Assembly (NCBI RefSeq): GCF_036321535.1
Contig: NC_087437.1
Coordinates: forward strand, 121,708,001-121,772,000
From: Camelus dromedarius
Lineage: Eukaryota
DNA length: 64,000 bases
Reading direction: 5' to 3'
The translations under genes and the position numbers were made by a program. Numbering within the stretch: position 1 is the first letter of the stretch; every line of letters starts with the position of its first letter. Positions 36,409-46,667 of the stretch are shown in pieces. Below the pieces are notes generated by a model. It worked only from the letters and a program-made list of their open reading frames with translations. It made no database searches and was not told the origin of the DNA.

Positions 36409-38802
36409 CTGAACCAGACCGGCCAACAAGACAGGACAAACCCTGGCGTAGGGTAGGGCCGGCGGGAGGCGGGGCAGAGGTGGGCGCGTCTCACAGCTGC
36501 CCGAGGCAGAACCTTCTGGAAGTTCTGGGTGCTGGGACCTCTTCAGGGGGGTGGCCGGCTCCTTAGCCCCGCGGTGCTTGGAGTGGGCAGCACTCTGAGC
36601 CAGAGAGACTGGTCCTGTGAGGATGGCGCACGGGTCCCTCAGTGAGGCCCGAGGTGGGAGTGTGAAAGACAGGTGGCCGTCGGCTCCATCCCACCAGAGG
36701 GAGCCCACTTAGAAGGCTGTGGGTTTGGGGTGTTGTTCAGAGGGAGAGCCCTACGAGGCCTCTCCGAGGTGGGACAGCGCCCCCAGGGTCCTCCAGGCCC
36801 AGGTAGATGCATGGACTTGCTGGACCCTCGTGGCCACACTCAGCTGGAGGGCCCAGGACAGAGCATGGCTCCCGTGGGGGCCACACAGTCCTCGGGCCCC
36901 ACAAGAGCAGGCAGGCTTCCTGGCTAGGGCCCACCAGGGCCCGCCCTGACACCATGTGCAGGGACCCCCTCCCCCTTGGCTTCTGAGGGGTGTGTCCAGG
37001 CCCAGCCAGGTGTGCTGTGGGCCGCTGCCCCACCGACACCATTGCCCAGGTTACCACGCAGTGACTGGAGTCACCCAGGAGCCGGGAAGGCGTGGACGGG
37101 CTGAGCGGGGCAGCCGGCCGTCTGTAGGGGGCCTGCGCAGGGGCCCTGGAGGCCAGAGAAGGGCTGCGCGGGGCCGCCAGGGTCCCGGGGTCTGACGGCG
37201 GCGTTCGCACCCGCCTCCTCTGCTCCGGGGGGTGGTCCTTCTGCAGGTGCTTGTGGGGGTCATGATTAGGCACTGCTTTGTTACCTGAGCACACGTAAGG
37301 TGCCTGAGGATGTGGCCCCACGTCAGTTGCGTCTGGGGCCCTCCCCGGGGGATGGGAACCACGGGCAGGGTGCACAGAGCCAGGCTGGGCGGGCGGTCCC
37401 AGCCGGAGGCGATGGGGCGAGGGGCCTTCGGACCTGGCTCTCTCCCTTCTAATCCTGGCCTGAGGAGCCTCAGGGACACTGGACGCTAGAAATAGGGGCC
37501 TGGGCTGCTCTGGGAGGGGCGGAGGGGGAGGCGGGGGGGGTGCAGAGAAGGAGGGGAGGGGAGGCAGGGTCTTGAGCTCTCATTCTGAGTGGGCAGCACA
37601 AGTCACCTGGAAACACTCCGAAGTGCACTTGAATGCGCCTCTCTGACCCCCTTCAGATGTGGGGTGGGGAGAGGGCTGGGGGAGGCGGCAGGCCACGGCG
37701 TGGGGGCAGGCACCTCCCTCGCAAGGGGCTCTTTTCAGGAATGTGGCCTGTGTGTCCCTCAGCGTCTCAACTGAGTCCTCCCTTTGGCCTTTTGGCTCTT
37801 CAGGGCATGTGGATGAGTGAGTGAACGAAGGAACGACCGAGGGGGGGACAGGGGCAGGGGTGCGGGCCCCCCACCCGGGGCCTGCGGTGCTCCCTCAGCC
37901 CGTCCGCGGGCTCTCTGGGCCCGGACCTGGGAGGACAAAGTTCTTTCAGAAATGCAGCCTCTTTCCTGGTTACCTGCTTTTCAACGGTCTCAGACGGTTT
38001 CCCGCGAAATCCGATTCCCCGCTCGGAATCCGATTCCCCGCCTCCGTCCCCACGGGCGACTCGGGAAGGTTATTCAACCTCCGCGATGAGCACAGACCCC
38101 AGAGGAGCCAGCACCCACCGGCCCCTCCTCCTGGACGGGAGCTCCGTCCAGGGCCCTGAGGCTCCGGCCTGTGTCCCCAGGGGCTGGGCCGGGGCGGGGC
38201 CTGCTGCAGCCACAGCCTGCCCGGGGAGCCTGGTCTACACCACAGGCTTTCTGGGTGCCACTGTGTGTGTGAGCGAGCATGTGAGCGTGTACACGTGTGG
38301 GAGTGTCTTTGCATGTGTGAGTGTGCTGTGTGTGCACTCGGGCCTGCATGTCATCGTGAGCGTGTGCAGAAGCGCATACATATTGTGCGTGCGGGCACAC
38401 GCGTGCGCACGTGAGTGTGCACGCGTGTGCAGGGAGCTCCAGTGAGCAGCACTCGACAGGCTGCTTCCTGATGGGAGTGGAGGCCTGGGGCCGAGCTGCG
38501 CAGGCGTTTTCCAGGGAAGGTCGACGCTGAAGCTCTAGAAGGGCTTGGAGGTGACCTTGGCCTCCGGAAGGTGGGCAGGAAGGGCAGGGTCTGGAGGGTC
38601 GTGGGGTGGGCGCTCAGAGCCCCTGCGGGAACGTGGTCCCTCCTCCCGAGAATGGGGAGTTGCACGAATGAATGCAGGGCCGCCCCTCTGAGTGGTCCCG
38701 GGGCCCGAGGGCCCTGGACCACAGGGTGGATGAGGGGGGCCCCTCCTGGGTGTGTCAGCAGCTCTGCCTCCAGTGGCCCAGAGTTCCTTCTTCTGTACAT
38801 AC

Positions 38803-39029
38803 TGGGAGAGGGGAAGGGCCCTTGGAACTTCTGTCCTGAGATTTTCCGGAGACTTTGAGGCATAACATCACATTAGCGGCACTGAATAGCAGAGACTGTT
38901 TTCTGGGCGTTTCCAAGAATTCTGGGATCGGAGGATTGATGACGGGGAAAGTCCTCGCTGAGACGCAGATGTTGGCATATGGGGTGCCCCCTGCCTTTCT
39001 CTTGAGAGGGGACACAGTGTTCAGCTGTC
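38803..39029 (-). pseudogene. Antisense candidate exon (open frame)
   Basis: catgtctcag| (G)QLNTVSPLKRKAGGTPYANICVSARTFPVINPPIPEFLETPRKQSLLFSAANVMLCLKVSGKSQDRSSKGPSPLP |gtatgt; 227 nt. Confidence 0.6.
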
Positions 39030-40599
39030 CTGAGACATGAGTTCTGATCCCAGGCAGCCAAGCCTTGCCCCTTGGATGACTCATCAGTGGCACCCTCGGT
39101 GTCCTGAGCTGGGGGGCACGTGCTCAGGGCTGTCTCACTTGACCTGCTCTCACTGCCAGGACCAGCCCTGGGGAGGGGCAGCCGAGACCCCCGGCCACAG
39201 CCCGGAGGAGGCACGCTGTGGGGACTGGACGGCTGGCGCGTGGGGCACACGTGGGATCTGGCGGGGAACGCGGTGGCAGAGGCTGTGTGAGCGTGTGAGC
39301 GCGTGGGCACGGGTGTTTGTACAAGCAGGTGCTGGGCAAGCGTGGACGCCTCTCCTGGGCTCTGACCTGGAGCTTGGACCCCTGGCCGTGGCTTCCTTAC
39401 CAGAAGTGCTGCCAGCCCCGTGGTGCGCGGGCCCTGCCTCACAGACGGGCTGCTGGGTGGGCAGGCTGGGAAGGAGCTCAAGCCGGCCCTGCCCCCGGGG
39501 TCCTTGGGTTGTGGAGAAAGCCCACCCCCACCCCCCTCCCCGGCCGCCTGGGGCCCCTCCTGGGGTGGGGGGGGAGCTCCTGGGGCAGCACTGAGGGTGG
39601 GCGCTGGGTGGCGAGGGTGGCAGCAGCCATCAAAGTCAGATGCGGACACAGCCCGGAGTCCCAGGCAAGGCTGTGCCGGGCGACCAGGGCCTCCTCCCCA
39701 AACCCCGAAGCAGGTGCCTGCAGGGCTCAAGGCCACAGGGCAGCATCCTTTCAGCGTCTTGGATGGAAGAGTTGTGTTGGCCAAGGTTGCACAGAGGGGA
39801 GGAGTCGGGACACAGCGGGAGGGGTCCAGCTGCAGGCCCGCCTGGCTGACCTGGAGCGGGGTGCCCTGGAGGGGCGCCGGGCGACGCCTGGAGGGAGCTG
39901 GCGCCCAGGGCCTGCAGGCTGGGCCTGCTCACCCAGCCCCGCCTTGTGGCCTCCGCACAGCCCCCGAGCCGAGCTCTGAGGTGTGGGTTCAGCGGGGAGG
40001 ACGTCTGTCTGTCTGGGACCGTCGGTCTTGCTGAGACCCGTGATCTCACTCTGGCTTCATGCTGGCTCCCAGCTGCTCCTGTGCGCTGGGCCTTTGGACC
40101 GGTTCTCAGGAGTCAGTCAGAAACCCCTGCAGGCCTGGAGGCCCGGGTGAGGACTCTGACACTGGTGTGGCCGCCCGAGAGCAGGGTTCTAGCCGATGGA
40201 GACAGAGGACCCGTGCCTCCGAGTGTGTTTGAGGAGTGAAACAGGAAAAGAGGCCAACACTCCCAGCCAGCGGGTGGTCTCCGGTGAGATGAAGGGAGGG
40301 CAGGCCGGGCGTCTGCAGGGGAGCCGGCTGGGGCTGGGCAGCTCTGAGTAGGCCCCCGGGGGCCGGGGACCGAGCGCCCGCCCAGCTTCTCGGACTTGGT
40401 GGGACAGCTGGGACAGGAGGACGGACTTGCCGCAAGTCGAGCTGCTTCAGTTCCAATTTGGCCCCAGAGTGGTGGCCCATGGCCAGGCTTCCGGGCTGTT
40501 CTCGGTCAGAGCGGCTCCAAGTGCAGAGGGCCATGGGCGGGGTGTGCTGGGGGCTCGCGCGGTGTCCTGAGGGTCCCAGGCCTGCCCAGGGCAGATGTC

Positions 40600-41096
40600 C
40601 TGTGGGGCTGTGCCAGGCGCTTTCTCTCGGTGCCAGGCCCTGCAGGCCGCAGAGAGAGGAGGGAGCTCTTCCTCAAAGCTTCAGAGCACCCAGGAGCCCC
40701 TGCCCCACCCCAGGGGACTGACCAGGGTGCTGGCTGGGAGCCCCTGTGCCCAGGCGCCTGCGCAGGGACTCGGCGGCAGTCTGTGAGGCCCAGGGCCTCC
40801 TCCAGCCCCAGGGGAGGGAGGTGGGACCCCCCACTGCATGCTGTCTGTGCCCCTTGGCCCCAGGGGTCTGCAGCTGCTTTAAGGAGATGTGAGAGGTTCT
40901 CAAGTGTGCCCAGCACCTTGGGTGGAGGCTCCTGTCTGTCTTCCCTCCGTGGGAGGGAGAGGGAAGAGGAGGAGCCACCCAGATGTGTGAATGGGGAGCT
41001 GCCTGCCGGCCTGTGGGCGGGAGGCGGAGCGGACTGGCCCCACCTCCGGACGGCAGAGGCGGCCCGCTGCTCCTGCTCTGCGGTGCACACAGCCCG
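40600..41096 (+). promoter_or_regulatory. COL18A1: COL18A1 promoter 2 / 5' UTR region (medium and long isoforms)
   Basis: Inferred from position directly upstream of the exon 3 ATG, which has its own signal peptide; GC boxes (gggcgggaggcggag) at ~41015-41029. TSS not determinable. Confidence 0.55.
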
Positions 41097-41757
41097 ATGG
41101 CTCCCGACCCCAGCGGCTGGCGCGGCCCCTGGGGTCTGCTGCTGCTCATCTGCTGCCTCGCGGCCGCCCGTGCTGACCTGATAGGATGGTTGTGGTCCGT
41201 TAAGTCTGCTGAGCCCACGGCTGCACTGGCCTCTGTGCCCCCTGGCAGCTCGCCTGTGCCGCCCACAGAGGACACCACCACGCACGTGGTCCCCCAGGAT
41301 GGCCCCGCTGAGCAGGGGACAGCCCCTGCCAGCCCTGAGCTGCCTCTGGAGATGCTGGAGGCGGGCCAGGCCTGGACCTCCCCAGCCCCCACAGCCCCCA
41401 CCGCGAGCCCGGACGCAAAGGGGGACAACATTGCTGGCGTTGGAGCCGAGATCCTGAGCGTGGCCCAGGGCATCCGGAGCTTCGTCCGGCTGTGGGGCGA
41501 CACCGCCCCCACCGAGAGCTCCAGCAGCGCGGGGACGCCCGCTCTGGTGACGCCCACGGAACCCCTCACCACCCCTGGACTTCCCAGCGCCCCCCAGGAG
41601 AACTGGATCGCTCTCTGGCTGAACAGTGAGGCCCCAAGCTCTCCGGACACCCAGAGGACCGAGGCCAGCACCCTGCCAGTGCCCACCCAGCCGCCGCCCT
41701 CCCCAGGCGGGCCCTGGGCACCACTCAGGGAGACCTTGGTGCCCCCGCCGTCGCCAG
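41097..41757 (+). CDS. COL18A1: COL18A1 exon 3, medium form (internal donor, no frizzled domain)
   Basis: Internal donor tcgccag|gtagaa after ...VPPPSP; 661 nt, phase 1, compatible with exon 4. Confidence 0.88.
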
Positions 41758-42504
41758 GTAGAACTTCCCTCTCCTCCGCGCCAGGCGGGGCCCCTCCCTG
41801 GGGAAGCCGGCAGGCCCTGGGGCAGCCCTGGGATCTGGACAGAGAAGGACTCCTGCCCATGGCGGCCCGCCCTGGCCAGCAGCACCGGCACCCCGACGTC
41901 CGCGAGCGCACGCCGCCTCCGCCTCCCCTGGTGATGGGCTCCCTGGGCGCGCACGCTGCCCCCTCGGCTCTCTCCTCGGGGCCCCCCGCCAAGCTGTCTC
42001 ACATCCTCCTCTCAGCTCTGATCAGGGGCACTGGTGCTTGGGCGCCCCACGTGGCTGCCTCTGTGGGGCCTGGTCTCGCTAACAGCTCCACGCTGCTCGG
42101 GGCTGACCCGCTGACCCCCGCCGGGCAGCCTGTCGGCCTTGCCGCCGGCCGCTGCCTGCCCCTGCCGCCCTCCTTGGCGGTCTGCGGCCACCTGGGCATC
42201 GGGCGCGCCTGGCTGCCCAACCACCTCCACCACGCGAGCGGCGAGGAGGTGCAGGCCGCGGCCCGGGCCTGGGGGGCGCTGCTCCAGACCCACTGCCACC
42301 GCTTCCTGGCCTGGTTCTTCTGCCTGCTGCTGGCCCCCCCCTGCAGCGCCAGCCCGCTGCCCGCCCCGCCGCCCTGCCGCCAGTTCTGCGAGGCCCTGGA
42401 GGACGCGTGCTGGAGCCACCTGGACGGGGGCGGGCTGCCGGTCACCTGCACCTCGCTCCCGGCCCGGGAGGACGGGCACTGCGTGTTCATTGGGCCAGCT
42501 GCAG
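41097..42504 (+). CDS. COL18A1: COL18A1 exon 3, long form: signal peptide, Pro/Ser/Thr-rich (DUF959) region and frizzled cysteine-rich domain
   Basis: MAPDPSGWRGPWGLLLLICCLAAARAD...NIAGVGAEILSVAQGIRSFVRLW..., then a 10-Cys frizzled CRD (42153-42482, CLPLPPSLAVCGHLG...EDGHCVFIG). Donor gcag|gtaacc; 1408 nt, phase 1. Confidence 0.96.
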
Positions 42505-45467
42505 GTAACCGGCCGGCCTGGTCCATCTGCCTTTCTTCTTGGCCCAGCCAGACGAGCTCGGCCGGGGCTGTGTGCACTCGGCACAGAGGACCCCCACCCG
42601 GCCCCCAGTGTTGCTGCTACCCCAGGGGCCTGCAGGGGGTGTGATGCCTACTTTGCAGGGGGAGGCTGAGGTCTGGGGAGGGTGGGAGGCATGCTTGAGA
42701 CCAGAGGTTCCGTGTGTGTCAATGGCAGACCCTCCATGACTCTTAGATAGCTCAGTGCGCTCCCGTCACCAGGGGAAACTGAGGCACAGAACGGTGACGC
42801 CAACTCCCAAAGGAGCCGGGATTCCCACCAAATGCTGGCCGCTGCCCCCAGCCACTGTGCTGCAGCGTCTGAATCCCTTCTGTGGCCCCAGCCTGCACAG
42901 TCGGTTGAGGGGACTGCAGGGCCGGATGCAAGGGGAGGGAGCAGCTTGCTGCTCTGAAGGTCGAGGTCTTGACCATCCAGCAGTTAGTCTGTGGAGCGCA
43001 GGCGGGGCGCGCCCCAGCCAGTGCCTGAGCAGCAGAGCCTCTCCACCCCAGGGCAGCGGGAGGGCCGTTCCTCCCTGGGAGCTGCGTCCACCTGGGCCGC
43101 ACCCCCATCACCATGTGGCTTGGAGTGGAGGGGGGAGGGCAGCAGCAGCCTCCGAGCACCCCCCACCCAGCTCCATCTGCATCCTCGTTCTCGGGGGGCT
43201 GGGTCCCTGAGTGGTGCCCCCTCCCTGCTTGCACTTGCAGGCCTGGCCCGTCCTTTTCGGCCTGTGCATGTCCCCCTCCCTCCCTTGTGGTGTCGTGGGG
43301 AGCAGCCTTGACCTGGTCACTGGTTCCCAAAGTCATTGGGCATTGGAGCTGGGCTGGTGGGGTTGGGGTGGCTTCATTGGACCCCAAGAGGTGGTGTCAC
43401 CCTGCAGGGCCCTTGGGGGATGTGTGTGGGTGACTCCATGGCCAGGCCAGGGGCACAGCGAGGAGGTGGCCGCCAGTGCCCAGGTAGGGGTGGGGCAGGG
43501 ACAAGTGCCCATGACAGGTGTGCCCACCCCTCGGAAGAAGCAAACCAAGGCTGGAGTGGAGTGGGAGGAGGGACGGTGGCCTCTGCTCGCAGGCGATGGC
43601 GGCTGAGCCCTGCGTGGGGCCAGGTGGCCTGGAGGGCATCCTGGGGAAACACTCATGCAGGGCCTGCTCTGGGAGGGCCCGGTGTGTGCGGAGGGAGGGG
43701 CCCAGGGCTATCGGTAACATGGGCACTGACCTCACCCAGAGGGTGGGGGGCTGTAGTGAGTCACGTGTCCCCACATCCCACACACATTGGTCCCCAGAAC
43801 ACCCGAAGGTTGGGCCAGCACGGGCCTCCTCCAGCCTCTGTGTTGCGTCCCCGCCTGGCGTGGGGGCAGGGTTAGCCCCGCAGGGGTGAGGTGTCCTGCC
43901 AGGAGGGCCCCCCGGCCCATGTAAAGGGGCTCCGGGCAGCTCCTACACAGCCCAGCGCCTCCTCCTCCTCAGGGTGAGGCGGGGAGGGAGGGGAGGGCCA
44001 GGCCTGCCCACCCAGGGCCCTGAACACATACCCACCCTGCTGCTGGGCCTCTGGCCAAGCCCGGGTCCTCTTGGCGGGGAGCTCAGCCACAGTGGGCACG
44101 GGGCTGGGAGCCAGTGCGAGGTGGTCCTCACGCGGCCAGGCCCAGGCGCGGCTGCGCGGGGCGTGGAGTTTCCCTGACCGCAGCTGGCCCAGTCAGCACA
44201 GTGGCCCTAAGGGGACTTCTCACTGGACATCTGCACACACTGGCTAGGTCCTCGGCCTGTGAGGGAGGCTGTGTTCCTAGCAAAAGGCTTGGGGATTCTT
44301 CTGTCAGCTGGCTCAGATGTTCCTCACACCCAGGACCGCTCCTGGATGTGGCCTGGCTGGGGAGGGTCCCAGAGGACCAGGGTTGGCCTCGCGGCAGGGG
44401 CACCACCCACTGCTGATCTCCTGTGCTGGGCCAGGCACCCCTACCCCGTGTGCCGGGGCCAGTGGGGGAGGGAGGCCACAGTGGGGGGGCGGGAGGCCCG
44501 AGCCATGGGTGCTGTTTCCTTCTCAGGTCCCAGTCAGAGCTGCCCCCTACTCACATGGCACCACTGCCTCTGTCCCTCTTGCGTGTGTCCTGCAGGCCGA
44601 CCCCAGGGCAGAGGTGCCCCCCGACGGTGGGATGTGGACGGTCACCTAGTCCTGTCACACCAGCCCATAAAGCCCAGCTCTGCGCAGCCCATTCAGAGTC
44701 CCCCCATCTGCCCCCTCCCTGCCCCTGCCAAGGAGAGTGAGGGGGAGGGGCTGGCACCCGCATGTGGCTGGTGGGACACACAGCCAGTGGCTGGGGCTCG
44801 GGAGGGAGCCCCCGTGCCACCCCCGAGCACCACGTGGCCACAGCCTCCTGGGCCCCACAGCGCTCTGTGTTCGGGTGGGGCTGGGCCCCTGAGCGGAGCC
44901 CCCTCCCTGCTTGCATTTGCAGGCCTGGCCCGTCTGGGGGTCCTGGTCAGGTTCTGCGTGTCCTGCTCGCCTGCCCCGCCATGGTGCCGTGGGGAGCAGC
45001 ACACTCTGGGGGACCTGGGGCAGGGTCTCTTGTCCCCCAGGCCCCGGAGAAAAGGGAGTGAGGCCCTACACAGGGGAGGGCGGGAACACGTCCCAGGTCC
45101 CCTGGTGTACCTGTGGGTGGGCCAGCAGGGGGCTGTCCCCCAGTGATCAAGGAGTCAGAAGGATGGGTGTGGGGGTCGTGGGGGGAGGCCCCTCCCGAAA
45201 GAGTGGGCGGCCTCGGTCCTGAGGAGGGAGTGTGCGCAGAGGCCAGCGCTCCGAGGAGCCTTCCTCCTGCAAACCTGCAGATGACCTCCCCCACCCCTTA
45301 GGGCCACTCTGCCCCTCACCTCATCCTGGCTGCTTCTCCCTGTGTGAGGTTTTTATCCCAGAACTAGCTGGTGACACACGCACCCAGGCCACACAGGAGG
45401 CTGCACTGGATGCAGCTCCCGCGCCTCCCTTGTTGAGCACAGGGCGTCTCTGGATTTGCAGAGACGT

Positions 45468-45874
45468 GGTATGAGTGTCCCACGGCCACTGTAACAAGGG
45501 ACCACACGCTCGGTGGCTCAAGACAACACCAAATGCATTACGTTTGGAGTCAGAAGTCAGAAATCAGCCTCTCTGAGCCAAAAGCATGCTATCTGCTGGC
45601 TGCGTCCCTCCTGGGCCCTGGGCCTGGTACCACGTCTGCCTTTTCCAGCATCTGGAGGCACCTCAGAGCCCTGCCACCACCTTCAAAGCCAGCCGTGTCT
45701 CTGTCCTGGCTGGGAGAGGTTCCCTGCTTAGGGTGTGGTCACAGTGGGTGACCTTATCTCAAGGGCCGTGACCACGGTCACCTCTGCGAAGTCCCCTTTG
45801 CTGAGGAAAGTGACACCCACAGGTCTGGATGTCACGGGTTGGACACCTCTGGGGCCTGTGACTCTGCTACCATA
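45468..45874 (-). mobile_element. MLT1-type solo LTR
   Basis: ctgtaacaagggaccacacgctcggtggctcaagacaacac...cagaagtc...atctcaagg...tcacctctgcgaagtcccctttgc...ctgctaccata. Confidence 0.75.
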
Positions 45875-46667
45875 GTGTGTGTGCCATGCATGTGCGCACA
45901 CCCACATGTGCGTGTGTTCTTACTCTGCGGATGTGGCATCACATTCTGTGTACCTGAAAGTTCCTCTCTGTCTGCCCCGTGTCTGGGAGTCTCCCTGTGT
46001 CACTAGAGGGCCGGTGGCCCTGCCCACCCTCCCGATTTCTTTGTCCCCTGTCCATTCACTTGTGCATTAATGGCCCAAGGCCTGAGAGCTTTGGGCGCTG
46101 GGTGACGCGCCCCAGTCGGGGATTCACGGCATCCAGACGCCCGGGATGGTCTTCTCTTCTAGGTCATCCCCGAGGTGTGAGTGAGCTGTGCTGCACGTGT
46201 GTGCAGACGCACGTGCTGTAAGCGTGTTGACGTCCACAGGGTCGTGGGTCACCTCCCCGTTTGAGGTGCTTCACAGACTAGGTGTTTGTGGGGTGTTTGC
46301 CCTCTGTCTCCTCTGGGACGTGGAGGTGAGGGCCCCGGCCGCAGCCGCCCTGACTCGGTTGCTGTGTGAGTGGGAAGGCGCTGGAGGGGCTCCTCCAGGC
46401 ACGTGGTCAGGTTGTCTCCCTGAGGTGGCCACGTTCCATCTTAACGGGCAGGTGGGGTGGGAGAGGCCCTGGCTGGGGTCTGCACGGACAACGAAGACTT
46501 CCTTCCGACGTGTGGTCGGGCGCGGCTGGCAGGGCCTGGAGCGTTGTGCACCTGTGGGTTGTTAAGTTGCCCTCCACTCTGTCCCACTCAATGGGTTTCA
46601 GCTTGACTTCTGTTGTATCTGATAGCGGTGGTGCAATATTTGTTTACTTTTTGTTATCATTTGTCTG

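Larger units (their letters stand above)
3243..39029 (-). pseudogene. Large unidentified multi-exon antisense pseudogene nested in COL18A1 intron 2
   Basis: More than 20 minus-strand blocks with pyrimidine-tract-AG acceptors and GT donors, protein-like translations, several phase-compatible junctions, and premature stops or frameshifts. Ends uncertain; may extend to ~40480. Confidence 0.72.

Noticed and set aside
40506..42002. 498-aa and 439-aa minus-strand ORFs over exon 3
   Set aside because: Antisense shadows of a GC-rich coding exon; Gly/Arg/Ala-biased with no domain.
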